DNA of 64,000 bases from Bacteroidota bacterium (GCA_040264895.1 JBDQHL010000001.1:79060-143059), one strand, 5' to 3'; numbered from the stretch's first letter, positions 47,890 through 57,887 are shown. Notes: generated by a model from the letters alone, not told the origin. Program-made: numbers and translations.

Positions 47890-47985
47890 CATTGAGCGTA
47901 CTACGACGACGCTCAGTTCAAGTGTTTAAAAACACGGTGCTTCGACAAGCTCAGCAACCGCTGAGATCATTGAGCCTGTCGAATT
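47890..47985. repeat. cluster of REP-like palindromic elements
   Basis: Hairpin TGAGCGT-N9-ACGCTCA (47893-47915). Nested hairpin TTCGACAAGCTCAGC-AACC-GCTGAG...TGAGCCTGTCGAA (47941-47983). Core 14-mers recur at 39119 and 53784. Confidence 0.65.
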
Positions 47986-48146
47986 GATGCTTTTTCAAAA
48001 TAGATCCCCTCGTTCGTCTTAGGAACTCCCTAGATATGACACCCCCACACTAACTAAACCAAACAAATTTTGTAATTTGCCAATAAGATATGTTGGAAAT
48101 GCTCTGCAATTAATCTAGAGCAAAAATTTACAGATGGACTGTACCT

Positions 48147-49649
48147 ATGAACAGAGCTTACTATTACGCAATTGTCAACTTAATTATATTAGCACAAATA
48201 GTTGTGTCTTTTATCATAGCAGATGGTTTTGCCTACGCTATCGATGATCCATATATCCACCTTGCAGTAGCAAAAAATCTATTCTATAATAGCACTTGGG
48301 GCGCGGTGTGGAATGAGTTTTCTGGTACATCATCGTCTATTCTATTCACAATGCTCAATTGGTTGCTCTATGTATTTTTGCCAGCTGCTATTTCGGAATA
48401 CTACCCAATGATTCTGAACGTAATTGCAGCAAACTTGCTTGTACACCTTACTTTCAAGCTGAGCGATGAGTTCAAATTCGATAAAAAGTTACAACTGGCG
48501 CTATTCGCTATCCTAATTGTGTATCTGCCATTAGTAGCCAATGTGATGAACGGAATGGAGCACCTATGGCATATCTTCTTCCTTGGGTTTTATATTATAA
48601 ACCTAAAGCGAATAATAGCAAATGAAAACTACTCACCAATTGTGTTTTATCTGGCAACTATATTTATGTCGGCTTCGCGCTACGAAGGACTTTTCGTAGT
48701 GGCTGCTGGGTTTTTAGTACTAGCAATCAACAAAAAGTACGCAGTCTCAGTACTACAGGTGTTTGCTGCATTTCTACCACTAACAATTTATGGAATTTAC
48801 TCTATGGGCCAAGGGGGATATTTCTTACCCAATACCCTGTTGGCTAAAGGAAAAGCATTAGAGCCAAACTTAAGTGCCATAATAGTGCTAGTTCAAAGAG
48901 TTGGCGAAATACTAATGACCAAAAAGCAGATATTACCGTCGGTGGTTATACTATTAGCATCCGGATATTACTTTGCCAGAAGTAAGAGCAAGGTATCGCT
49001 ATACTTGACCATTTTTGTGGGGTTGGTGTTCTTGCAACATATCACTTTTGCTGATTTTGGTTGGTTTTTCCGCTACGAGGCGTACTTGATTTTCATGTCA
49101 GGTGTGGTACTACTAATTGCACTGAAGCAATTACATACAGAAAACAAGCTGAACAAGTTAGTAGTGATTGCAGCAATAGTTATCTCTCTTCCATTAGTTT
49201 ACAGATTTGTTGTATCAATAGAAAGGTCGAACACTTCGGGCAAATACTTCAAGGAAGTGCACGAAGACTATGCCCTCTTTGTGCGAGACAACTTCGACAA
49301 TAATGAGATGATAATGGCAGGCGACATAGGCACACTCTGCTTTTTCACAGAGAACCCAATACTCGATGTTAATGGATTGGCGACTGGCGAAGTAACAGAA
49401 GCCATTCGAAATGGCTACCAAACAAGTAATTTTATGGACAGCTTGGCAGCCGCGTGGGATACTGATCTTGCAATTATGTATCGCACTTGGGAAGGTGATT
49501 TACTCTCAGACAAATGGAAAAATATCGGCTATTGGTATCAGTACAATCCAACTGCTGGAGACAGCACTTACTTTGGACTGTACACAACAAATGAAGCCAA
49601 GATAGAACGTTTAGAACAACTGTTTGAAAAAAATAAACAAGAGAATTAA
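48147..49649 (+). CDS. polytopic membrane protein, GT-C-fold glycosyltransferase-like
   Basis: About 11 predicted TM helices, acidic DDPY in the first extracytoplasmic loop, and a soluble C-terminal domain. It lies next to sugar-nucleotide genes. The family call is inferred. Confidence 0.45.
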   Translation: MNRAYYYAIVNLIILAQIVVSFIIADGFAYAIDDPYIHLAVAKNLFYNSTWGAVWNEFSGTSSSILFTMLNWLLYVFLPAAISEYYPMILNVIAANLLVHLTFKLSDEFKFDKKLQLALFAILIVYLPLVANVMNGMEHLWHIFFLGFYIINLKRIIANENYSPIVFYLATIFMSASRYEGLFVVAAGFLVLAINKKYAVSVLQVFAAFLPLTIYGIYSMGQGGYFLPNTLLAKGKALEPNLSAIIVLVQRVGEILMTKKQILPSVVILLASGYYFARSKSKVSLYLTIFVGLVFLQHITFADFGWFFRYEAYLIFMSGVVLLIALKQLHTENKLNKLVVIAAIVISLPLVYRFVVSIERSNTSGKYFKEVHEDYALFVRDNFDNNEMIMAGDIGTLCFFTENPILDVNGLATGEVTEAIRNGYQTSNFMDSLAAAWDTDLAIMYRTWEGDLLSDKWKNIGYWYQYNPTAGDSTYFGLYTTNEAKIERLEQLFEKNKQEN

Positions 49650-50375
49650 ATGAAAACATTAGTAATGGGTGCAAGTGGAGCAACTGGGAAACATCTGGTA
49701 GAGCAGCTTTTGGGTAGTGGGCAAGAAGTGAAAGCGATAGTCCGTTCACCTGAAAAATTACCCCAATCTTGGAAAGAGGATAAGCAACTCACAATAGTTA
49801 AAGCAAGTATTTCGGATATGACAACTGAAGAAATGAAATCTCACTTAGTTGATTGTGATGCCATTGACTCTTGCTTAGGACATAATATTTCATTCAAAGG
49901 TCTGTTCGGAAAGCCACGCAGACTAGTGACAGATGCAGTGAAGTTAGCTTGCAAATCTGTAAAACAAAATGATACCAAGAAGCCAGTAAAATTTGTGCTA
50001 ATGAACACTACTGGCAATAGAAACAGAGACCTAAACGAAAAGGTGTCATTTGGTCATAAAATTGTAGTTGGTTTACTTCGATTATTACTTCCACCACATT
50101 CGGGCAATGAACATGCTGCTGATTATCTGCGAACTGAAATTGGTCAGAAAGACAGCCACATAGAGTGGGTAGCAGTCCGACCAGATGGCTTAGTTGACAA
50201 CGATAAGGTAAGTAAGTATGAGTTACACCCATCTCCAATAAGGGATGCTATATTCGATGCAGGTAAAACCAGCAGAATAAATGTAGCTAACTTTATGGCG
50301 AGGTTAGTAACAGAGCAAGAACTATGGAATGAATGGAAAGGGCAAATGCCTGTGATATATAATAGCGAGGTGTGA
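49650..50375 (+). CDS. NAD(P)H-binding atypical SDR (NmrA/BVR-B-like)
   Basis: Rossmann motif VMGASGATGKHLVEQLL. The ATG directly abuts the upstream stop. Confidence 0.75.
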   Translation: MKTLVMGASGATGKHLVEQLLGSGQEVKAIVRSPEKLPQSWKEDKQLTIVKASISDMTTEEMKSHLVDCDAIDSCLGHNISFKGLFGKPRRLVTDAVKLACKSVKQNDTKKPVKFVLMNTTGNRNRDLNEKVSFGHKIVVGLLRLLLPPHSGNEHAADYLRTEIGQKDSHIEWVAVRPDGLVDNDKVSKYELHPSPIRDAIFDAGKTSRINVANFMARLVTEQELWNEWKGQMPVIYNSEV

Positions 50376-50563
50376 GAGGGTGCATTAGCATCCTAAGAGT
50401 CGAGGTAAAACCAAACTAAACTCTTATTTGATTACCAACTTAAATTCAATAATGACAATATTATTCTTCACCATTCGCATCTAACTTTATTTATAGAATC
50501 ACAACCACCATTTATCACATTTTTATTAATTTACCTAAAATCAAAAATGAAAAAGTAATAACT

Positions 50564-51682
50564 ATGCAATTCATTGACTTAAAAACTCAGTACGCTCAGA
50601 TAAAAGAGCAAGTAAACAAAGGAATAGACGGAGTCTTAGAACACGGAAGATATGTGTTTGGACCAGAGATAGAAGAGCTGGAAAAACGCCTAGCAGAATA
50701 CGTAGGCACTAAGCACGCTTTGGCATGCTCCAGCGGGACTGATGCCCTGCTTATGCCTCTTATGGCATGGGGTATAGGCCCTGGTGATGCAGTGTTCACT
50801 ACTCCATTCTCATTCGTAGCTACATCGGAAGTGGTTAGCTTAGTAGGCGCTACTGCTGTGTTTGTAGATATAGATGAAAGGACTTATAATATTGACCCCG
50901 TAAAGCTAGAAGAAGCTGTAGAAAAAGTAAAAGCTGAGGGCAAACTAAATGCTAAGGCAGTTATCCCAGTCGATCTATTTGGTCTTCCGGCAGAGCTTCA
51001 CAGAATAGAAGCAATTGCCGAGAAGCACAACTTAATGTTGTTAGAAGATTGTGCACAAGGTTTTGGTGGTTCACTCGATGGTAAGAAGGCCGGCTCGTTT
51101 GGTCACGCTGGAGCTACTTCATTCTTCCCTGCTAAGCCACTTGGCTGCTACGGTGACGGGGGTGCAGTATTTACAGATAGTGATGAGATGATAGAGAAAC
51201 TAAAGTCTATCCGTGTACACGGTATGAGTACAACTGAAAGATATGACAATGTAAATATAGGTCTGAATGCTCGTATGGACTCTATCCAAGCAGCTATATT
51301 ACTTACAAAATTAGACATTTTCGACGGTGAGTTAGTGAAACGAAATAACGTTGCAGCTCGCTATTCAGCTAACTTAGGTAACTCAGTAGTTACTCCATTT
51401 ATCCCAGGTGGATACTACTCTTGCTGGGCGCAATACTCGGTCTTGGCAAAAGATGCCGCGCACCGAGATGAATTAAGAAACAAGCTTCAAAAGCACGAAA
51501 TTCCAACTGCTGTCTACTACCCAATTCCACTGCACTTGCAGACTGCTTATAGCTATTTGGGATATAGCAAAGGCGATATGCCAGTGTGTGAAGGAATTTC
51601 AGAGAGAATATTCAGCTTACCAATGCACCCATATTTGACTGAAGAAGAAATAGACAAAATCTGTGAAGTAATAAAAGGTTAA
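50564..51682 (+). CDS. DegT/DnrJ/EryC1/StrS family sugar aminotransferase
   Basis: FIDLKTQY...[13 protein letters not shown]...SSGTDAL, with PLP-Lys context SFFPAKPLG. Confidence 0.9.
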   Translation: MQFIDLKTQYAQIKEQVNKGIDGVLEHGRYVFGPEIEELEKRLAEYVGTKHALACSSGTDALLMPLMAWGIGPGDAVFTTPFSFVATSEVVSLVGATAVFVDIDERTYNIDPVKLEEAVEKVKAEGKLNAKAVIPVDLFGLPAELHRIEAIAEKHNLMLLEDCAQGFGGSLDGKKAGSFGHAGATSFFPAKPLGCYGDGGAVFTDSDEMIEKLKSIRVHGMSTTERYDNVNIGLNARMDSIQAAILLTKLDIFDGELVKRNNVAARYSANLGNSVVTPFIPGGYYSCWAQYSVLAKDAAHRDELRNKLQKHEIPTAVYYPIPLHLQTAYSYLGYSKGDMPVCEGISERIFSLPMHPYLTEEEIDKICEVIKG

Positions 51683-51686
51683 GGCC

Positions 51687-52577
51687 ATGAAAGGAATAGT
51701 ATTAGCAGGTGGTAGCGGCACTCGTCTCTACCCAGCGACCAAGGCAGTCAGTAAGCAGCTTTTGCCAATATATGACAAGCCAATGATATACTATCCTATT
51801 TCTGTGCTTATGTTAGCCGACATTACTGAGATACTCATTATCTCAAATCCTGAATTCATCGACCTTTACAAATCATTACTTGGTGATGGTTCGCAATTAG
51901 GAATGAAGTTTGAGTATGCCGTACAGACCAAACCACGCGGCCTAGCCGATGCATTCATATTGGGTGAAGATTTCATTGGCGATGATGATGTATGCCTTAT
52001 TTTGGGAGACAATATATTCTATGGGCAAGGGTTCACAGGTATATTACAATCTGCTGCTAGGCTCGATTTGGGAGCTACCATATTTGGCTATTATGTGAAA
52101 GACCCAACGGCTTATGGAGTGGTTGAGTTCGATGTGAACAACAAAGCTATATCCATAGAAGAAAAGCCAGATAACCCTAAATCAAATTATGCCGTACCTG
52201 GGTTATATTTTTATGACAATAGTGTGATAGAAATAGCCAAAAATGTAAAACCATCCGCTCGTGGCGAAATAGAAATCACAGCCGTAAACAATGAATACTT
52301 AAGACAAGGACGACTGAAAGTGGAACTTTTGGGTCGTGGCTTTGCTTGGTTAGATACTGGTACCAGTGATAACCTGATGAATGCTGCAGACTTTGTCCGC
52401 ACCGTACAGAAACGCCAGGGCTTTTACATAGCTTGTTTAGAAGAAATAGCTTACAATAAAAATTTAATAAATTCACAGCAATTGGAAGACTTGGCACAAA
52501 ACTTGTTGAAAACTGAGTACGGACAGTATTTAAAGGAAATAACAAGTTATATTGAAAATAGTACTAATAGAAGATGA
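51687..52577 (+). CDS. rfbA: glucose-1-phosphate thymidylyltransferase
   Basis: [37 protein letters not shown], and collinear throughout with the RmlA family. Confidence 0.93.
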   Translation: MKGIVLAGGSGTRLYPATKAVSKQLLPIYDKPMIYYPISVLMLADITEILIISNPEFIDLYKSLLGDGSQLGMKFEYAVQTKPRGLADAFILGEDFIGDDDVCLILGDNIFYGQGFTGILQSAARLDLGATIFGYYVKDPTAYGVVEFDVNNKAISIEEKPDNPKSNYAVPGLYFYDNSVIEIAKNVKPSARGEIEITAVNNEYLRQGRLKVELLGRGFAWLDTGTSDNLMNAADFVRTVQKRQGFYIACLEEIAYNKNLINSQQLEDLAQNLLKTEYGQYLKEITSYIENSTNRR

Positions 52578-52914
52578 TAGCATTATGGCAAGCTCTGTAA
52601 GACTGCAGCTAAAAGTCTTGCTTAAAAATGACTATGAACTTACAACTTTCAAGCGCTTGGAAAAAGCAATGTCATATATAGAGAATAACGACTGCGATAT
52701 TGTTATCTCCGATATGAATGTAATGGATTCACGTGGACAAGAAACTATAGACAGACTAACTTCCAATTCAAATAACTTCAAACTTATAATTATTTCTGGT
52801 TGTTTTGAGCAGTTAGAAGTTAATAAATCTGACGAAGACAACTACCAATTCATACCTAAAGATATGGATTTAAACGAATCTATTAGCTCCGCTATACAAA
52901 GTGTGTATGGGTAG
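52552..52914 (+). CDS. stand-alone response-regulator receiver domain
   Basis: KIVLIEDD, phospho-acceptor context [11 protein letters not shown], and a conserved Lys (FIPKD). TTG start overlaps the rfbA 3' end by 26 nt. Confidence 0.65.
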   Translation: MKIVLIEDDSIMASSVRLQLKVLLKNDYELTTFKRLEKAMSYIENNDCDIVISDMNVMDSRGQETIDRLTSNSNNFKLIIISGCFEQLEVNKSDEDNYQFIPKDMDLNESISSAIQSVYG

Positions 52915-52917
52915 GAT

Positions 52918-53262
52918 TTACCTTTCTCTTACTACTTTATAAGTCTTCTTACCATTTCCACAAACCAGTGTAACAAAATATACGCCCGATGGGTATTCTG
53001 ATAAGTCTAATTGTAACTGATTTTCATAAACAACTTTCGTGTTATTAAATAGATCTACACTCTCTGTATTAGTAATCGAATAATCGATTATCTTCGATTC
53101 ACAAGCTAATTTTATATTAACTAGGCCATTAGTAGGGTTGGGCGAAATTGAAACTTCATTAACTAACTTTTCTTCGGTGTTAGTTTGTGTTGGGTCAACT
53201 ATAGTAAAATATGCATCTGAAGTGTCTGTTTGTATGATGATTGAAATTGAATATTGAAACAA
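52918..53262 (-). CDS. orphan T9SS CTD-only ORF (probable gene remnant)
   Basis: ISPNPTNGLVNIKL...GVYFVTLVCGNGKKTYKVVRER. It has no signal peptide and no passenger domain. Its 5' end overlaps the divergent ORF. Confidence 0.45.
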   Translation of the reverse strand: MFQYSISIIIQTDTSDAYFTIVDPTQTNTEEKLVNEVSISPNPTNGLVNIKLACESKIIDYSITNTESVDLFNNTKVVYENQLQLDLSEYPSGVYFVTLVCGNGKKTYKVVRER

Positions 53263-53702
53263 ATTTTGACGATGGTTTAGACATTGCAGACATGAATAAA
53301 GAAATAATTGATGGGAAAGCAGCTTTCATAATAGAAACCCATTATGGGACAATTGAAATACAATCAGAAGGGTACAAGCAAATCTTTCGAAGACCTCCTG
53401 TACTTAAGTTACATCAAACACTACTCGATATAGAAAGAGGCCCTACTGGAGTTTCAGAAAAAATAGAAAAGGATTACAAGCCGACATTACAAGCAATAAC
53501 ATATAGAGAACTCTCTTTCAAATTTGATGAAATTAGATTTCTAAGAAACCAATTTCAAAAAGAATATGAAGATTTCAATTTCTATGAATTAGGTATGAAA
53601 GAAAGGTTTTATAAACGAAAAGAATATAAAGATAAGTTAGAATCTCTAAACAGAGAATTAGATGAAGCAGGTAAGAAAATAGATGAATTGTTTAAGGGTT
53701 AA
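53241..53702 (+). CDS. hypothetical cytoplasmic protein (coiled-coil C-terminus)
   Basis: ORF only, with an uncertain start (TTG, or the Met at codon 18). A strong terminator follows. Confidence 0.4.
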   Translation: MKLNIETNFDDGLDIADMNKEIIDGKAAFIIETHYGTIEIQSEGYKQIFRRPPVLKLHQTLLDIERGPTGVSEKIEKDYKPTLQAITYRELSFKFDEIRFLRNQFQKEYEDFNFYELGMKERFYKRKEYKDKLESLNRELDEAGKKIDELFKG

Positions 53703-53731
53703 TAAATATTAAATTTCATATATAACAATAA

Positions 53732-53759
53732 AAAGACCCATAATTACTTATGGGTCTTT
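53732..53759. terminator. bidirectional intrinsic terminator between convergent genes (hypothetical gene and dnaK)
   Basis: Perfect 12-bp stem AAAGACCCATAA/TTATGGGTCTTT with loop TTAC and T-rich tracts on both strands. Confidence 0.85.
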
Positions 53760-53783
53760 GTGATTTTATCTTTCTTCGTTTAT

Positions 53784-53812
53784 TTCGACAAGCTCAGTGC
53801 CCGAAACAAAAG
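53784..53812. repeat. REP-like element fragment
   Basis: The exact 14-mer TTCGACAAGCTCAG is also present at 47941-47954. Local hairpin TTTCG...CGAAA. Confidence 0.5.
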
Positions 53813-53819
53813 TATTTAT

Positions 53820-55748
53820 TTACTTATTATCGTCTTCGTCAACTACTGTGTAGTCAGCTTCCTCTACATCATCATCCGAATCTGCACTAGCGTCTCCAGT
53901 TGGCTCGCCGCCTGATGCTGCACCTTGTGAAGGATCACCTTGTGCATTTGGGTCGCCATACATATTCTGCGATGCTTCGCTCCATGCCTTATTTAGCTCT
54001 TCCATAGCTGGCTTAATGTCAGATTCGTTGTCTTTCAGAGCTGTTTCCAGTCTGCTCTTAGCACTTTCTATAGCCGAGATTTGCTCTTGGCTTAGCTTTT
54101 CGCCCACTTCTTCTAACTGCTTGTTAGTCGAAGCTACTAGTGCGTCAGCTTGGTTGCGAGATTCCACAGCTTCTTTCTTTTGCTTATCAGCTTCAGCGTT
54201 CAACTCAGCATCTTTCTTCATTTTTTCTATCTCTTCTTTCGATAGTCCAGAAGAAGACTCAATTCTGATTTTTTGCTCTTTACCAGTTCCTTTGTCCTTA
54301 GCAAATACATTCAAGATACCGTTGGCATCTATATCGAACGTAACTTCTACCTGAGGTACACCACGAGCTGCTGGTGGTATTCCGTCTAAGTGGAATTTAC
54401 CTAGCGATCTGTTATCTGCTGCCATCTTTCTCTCACCTTGTAGAACGTGTACTTCTACTGATGGTTGATTGTCAGCCGCAGTCGAGAACACTTCCGATTT
54501 CTTAGTCGGTATAGTAGTGTTCGACGGAATCATTGGAGTCAATACGCCACCTAATGTTTCGATACCCAATGTTAGTGGAGTAACGTCAAGTAATAATACG
54601 TCAGTTACATCGCCACCAAGTACACCACCTTGCACAGCAGCACCAATTGCTACTACTTCGTCAGGGTTCACACCTTTCGATGGATCTTTACCGAAAAAGT
54701 CTTTTACTAATTCTTGTATCTTAGGGATACGAGTAGAACCACCCACTAAGATGATTTCGTCAACTTCGTGATTCGAAATACCAGCGTCTTTCACTGCTTG
54801 CTCACATGGCTTTAGCGTTCTTTGGAACAAGTCATCACATAAACTCTCAAACTTAGAGCGAGTGATAGTAATGTTCAAGTGCTTAGGGCCGTCTTGAGTA
54901 GCTGTGATGAAAGGTAAATTCACATCAGTTTGCATAGATCCAGAAAGCTCAATCTTAGCTTTCTCGCCTGCTTCTCTTAATCTTTGTAGTGCCATAGCGT
55001 CGTCGCGAAGGTCAATTCCTTCTTGCTTTTTGAACTCTTCTGCTAAGAAATCAATCATTTTTCTATCGAAGTTGTCACCACCAAGGTGAGTATCACCATT
55101 TGTAGATTTTACTTCAAACACACCGTCACCAATCTCAAGGATAGATACGTCGAATGTACCACCACCAAGGTCATAGACAGCGACTGTCATATTCTTGTCT
55201 TTTTTGTCCAAACCATAAGCCAATGCCGCAGCAGTCGGCTCATTAATTATACGTTTTACTGTTAGTCCAGCAATTTCGCCAGCATCCTTAGTTGCTTGTC
55301 TTTGCGAATCGTTGAAGTAAGCAGGAACAGTAATTACCGCTTCCGTTACTTTCTCGCCAAGATACTCTTCAGCTGTTTGCTTCATTTTTGTCAAAATCAT
55401 AGCAGAAATTTCTGGTGCAGAATACTTCTTACCATCTATATCTACTCTGATTGAGTTGCCATCGTCGGATGGAACAACTTTGTAAGGAACTAATTTTGCT
55501 TCTTCACTAACTTCTTCCAATCTGCTACCCATAAATCTCTTGATAGAGTATATAGTGTTGTGCGGATTAGTAACTGCTTGTCTTTTTGCAGCTTGACCAA
55601 CCAAACGATCGTCATTTTTAGTGAATGCAACCATAGAAGGAGTAGTTCTAGAACCCTCGGAGTTAGCTATAACTTCGGGCGAACCACCTTCCATAACTGA
55701 AACGCAAGAATTTGTCGTTCCTAAGTCAATTCCAATTATTTTTCCCAT
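53820..55748 (-). CDS. dnaK: molecular chaperone DnaK (Hsp70)
   Basis: [17 protein letters not shown] and [11 protein letters not shown] motifs, a full-length 642 aa, and an acidic C-terminus. Confidence 0.98.
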   Translation of the reverse strand: MGKIIGIDLGTTNSCVSVMEGGSPEVIANSEGSRTTPSMVAFTKNDDRLVGQAAKRQAVTNPHNTIYSIKRFMGSRLEEVSEEAKLVPYKVVPSDDGNSIRVDIDGKKYSAPEISAMILTKMKQTAEEYLGEKVTEAVITVPAYFNDSQRQATKDAGEIAGLTVKRIINEPTAAALAYGLDKKDKNMTVAVYDLGGGTFDVSILEIGDGVFEVKSTNGDTHLGGDNFDRKMIDFLAEEFKKQEGIDLRDDAMALQRLREAGEKAKIELSGSMQTDVNLPFITATQDGPKHLNITITRSKFESLCDDLFQRTLKPCEQAVKDAGISNHEVDEIILVGGSTRIPKIQELVKDFFGKDPSKGVNPDEVVAIGAAVQGGVLGGDVTDVLLLDVTPLTLGIETLGGVLTPMIPSNTTIPTKKSEVFSTAADNQPSVEVHVLQGERKMAADNRSLGKFHLDGIPPAARGVPQVEVTFDIDANGILNVFAKDKGTGKEQKIRIESSSGLSKEEIEKMKKDAELNAEADKQKKEAVESRNQADALVASTNKQLEEVGEKLSQEQISAIESAKSRLETALKDNESDIKPAMEELNKAWSEASQNMYGDPNAQGDPSQGAASGGEPTGDASADSDDDVEEADYTVVDEDDNK

Positions 55749-55885
55749 TTTTATTACCTCTTTTCAGTATTAAATTATTATTTTGTCTATTTGTCATAAA
55801 ATTTAGGACACAATGTCTGTAAATTCTACATTTATGTGCTAAAGTGTATGGCGAAAGAACTGTGCCAAGTTTTTATTTTAGAATA

Positions 55886-55909
55886 ACCCGCCCTATTTCT
55901 AAGGCAGGT
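55886..55909 (-). terminator. weak hairpin downstream of the hsp20 pair
   Basis: On the minus-strand RNA, ACCUGCC...GGGCGGU forms a 7-bp stem with one G-U pair. The tail is only moderately U-rich. Confidence 0.3.
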
Positions 55910-55935
55910 ATTATTCAAGCTTATCTGGTATGATA

Positions 55936-56388
55936 TTAGCTAATCTCTACTTCCAGCTCTTTAAGTTTTTCTGGCTCTTTTTTGTTCAGTGTTACCTTCA
56001 GCAAGCCGTCTTTGAACTCAGCGTTAATGCTGTCCGTGTCCACATTGTCAGGTAACATGAACGAGCGGGTGAACTCACCGAAGCTGCGCTCTACTCTTAG
56101 GAAAGTAATGCCGTCTTTCTCTTCTTCCGTCTTGTTTTCGCGGTTTTTTGTCCCCTTTAGGACTAATACGTTGCCGTCGTTAATGCTTACCTTTATGTCG
56201 TCTTTCTTCACTCCAGCTATCTCTGCTTCCAGTGTAATTTGCTTTTTGTCTTCGTGTAAATCAATCGATGGATTGAAGCCACTGTTGTTGTTGAACATTC
56301 TGTCTGTATCAAATTCATCTAACATAGAGTTCATTATATTAGTCAGTGAGCTGAAATTTCTGAATGGATCGAATTTTACTAAACTCAT
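55936..56388 (-). CDS. Hsp20/alpha-crystallin family small heat-shock protein
   Basis: Alpha-crystallin domain: PSIDLHEDKKQITLEAEIAGVKKDDIKVSINDGNVLVLKG...AEFKDGLLKVTL. Confidence 0.9.
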   Translation of the reverse strand: MSLVKFDPFRNFSSLTNIMNSMLDEFDTDRMFNNNSGFNPSIDLHEDKKQITLEAEIAGVKKDDIKVSINDGNVLVLKGTKNRENKTEEEKDGITFLRVERSFGEFTRSFMLPDNVDTDSINAEFKDGLLKVTLNKKEPEKLKELEVEIS

Positions 56389-56405
56389 TTTAGAATACCT
56401 CCGTA

Positions 56406-56816
56406 TTATTTTATATTAATTGTTTTTGGTTTGAGTGTTTCTTTTTTCGGAATGCTAATCATCAGCATACCATTCTTAAAGTTTGCGTCTATTTTCTCAG
56501 TCTCGTACTTAGTCGGAATAATAAATGAACGTTTGAAGTCAACTGAGCTAAGCTCATCAATCATCAATCTTTCTCCCTCGCTCTCGCCGATTGTTCTGCT
56601 TGCCGATAGCGTCATTACATTTTCGTCATTCACCACTAATTTCATCGTCGATTTGTCCACTCCCGGCAGCTCTACCACAAAGTTTAGAGTGTCTTCCACT
56701 TCCGAAACTCTTACTTTCGGCTTAGTAGTCGCTTCTCTTTCTTCGTGAGTGATATTGCCTACTGGTGCAAAAAATCTTTCAAAATCAGTCATTGGTGTTC
56801 TTCTTTGTACTAACAT
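56406..56816 (-). CDS. Hsp20/alpha-crystallin family small heat-shock protein (divergent paralog)
   Basis: PKVRVSEVEDTLNFVVELPGVDKSTMKLVVNDENVMTLSA...ANFKNGMLMISIPKK. Confidence 0.85.
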   Translation of the reverse strand: MLVQRRTPMTDFERFFAPVGNITHEEREATTKPKVRVSEVEDTLNFVVELPGVDKSTMKLVVNDENVMTLSASRTIGESEGERLMIDELSSVDFKRSFIIPTKYETEKIDANFKNGMLMISIPKKETLKPKTINIK

Positions 56817-57194
56817 ATTTTCTATTCTCCATAATTGTGTCAGTTAATTAAATAATTATCTTTTTTTTGTTCTGATCAGTATAGTAGCAAAAGTGTGCCA
56901 ACTGTTGCAGCACAGACGATATGGCAGATACACGACATAAAGGCATATCAGGTGGCAGACTGTTTGTCAGAAATCTATTGGTGTGATTGTTATTGTGTCA
57001 GGGGTAGTGGCAGATTACAGTAAGGGATTGGATGGAGATTATTTACTCTTCATTTGATATTGAATGTTCAAATTAAATGAGTATTATACTTTCCACCACA
57101 TTTGCATATCTTATTATATTTAACTAAGTTGGAACAAATAGTAAATTATCAGAAGTTCGGTTTATTTTTCAATCACTTTTCAAAGAGGATTCTT

Positions 57195-57827
57195 ATGAAA
57201 ACTTCTAAACTGTTTTTCTTACTATTAGTTGTTGCTCTTACAACTGCAATCACGCCAACAGAAGCCCACGAAAAGGGCGACTTCGGGATGACGGCTGCTA
57301 TAGGGATGCCAAATGGTGTAACTCCATCTATTGGTCTACCTACCAACACAACATCTAGACTAAGTATTTCTGCTACTGCATCCAGTAGTTTTAATATTAT
57401 GCTAACTAACAATATACAATTAGACTTAGGTCTTGGGTATTTGTCAGTTGACCCGGGTGGAGATGCTGACCCTGCAAATACCCTTTCGATTATGGCAGGC
57501 GGTAAGTATTTCTTTAATACAGGTGATGTTAGTCCATATTTGAATTTAGGAATTAGCTATACGCAAATACCAACAATTGAAAGTGGAGATACTGGGTTCA
57601 CAACTGAGGTATCTGGTAATATGATGACTGTATTAGCTGCATTTGGTGCACAAGCATTTATTACACCAACCCACAATATAGCATTATTTGTACAAATGGG
57701 TATTGGTTATAATATGGGTACTGTAGATACCGAAACCTCTTCTGGTGGTTCTAGCTCGACTATGAGCAGCGAGGTTACTAACCTAAATTTAGGTGGCTCA
57801 GCAGTTGGCGTAACCGTTTATTTCTAA
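57195..57827 (+). CDS. small outer-membrane beta-barrel protein
   Basis: Signal peptide MKTSKLFFLLLVVALTTAITPTEA, alternating strands, and a terminal GVTVYF. The start is moved from 57102 to the Met preceding the signal peptide. Confidence 0.7.
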   Translation: MKTSKLFFLLLVVALTTAITPTEAHEKGDFGMTAAIGMPNGVTPSIGLPTNTTSRLSISATASSSFNIMLTNNIQLDLGLGYLSVDPGGDADPANTLSIMAGGKYFFNTGDVSPYLNLGISYTQIPTIESGDTGFTTEVSGNMMTVLAAFGAQAFITPTHNIALFVQMGIGYNMGTVDTETSSGGSSSTMSSEVTNLNLGGSAVGVTVYF

Positions 57828-57846
57828 TTATTTTTATTAAAATTAA

Positions 57847-57885
57847 CCCCTTTGTGAATTATTACAAAGGGGTATTTATTCTTTA
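57847..57885 (+). terminator. intrinsic terminator after the OMP gene
   Basis: 9-bp stem CCCCTTTGT/ACAAAGGGG with an 8-nt loop, then TATTTATTCTTT. Confidence 0.8.
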
Positions 57886-57887
57886 AT

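Noticed and set aside
55749-55935. Searched for a CIRCE/HrcA operator upstream of dnaK
   Set aside because: Only a fragment (GTGCTAAAG) is present, with no inverted partner at N9 spacing.
56888-56906. A sigma-54-like -24/-12 promoter (TTGGCACACTTTTGCT) upstream of hsp20
   Set aside because: The GG to GC spacing is one nucleotide shorter than the strict TGGCAC-N5-TTGC consensus. The dnaK-upstream TTGGCAC lacks a properly spaced GC. I kept it only as a shared-motif observation.
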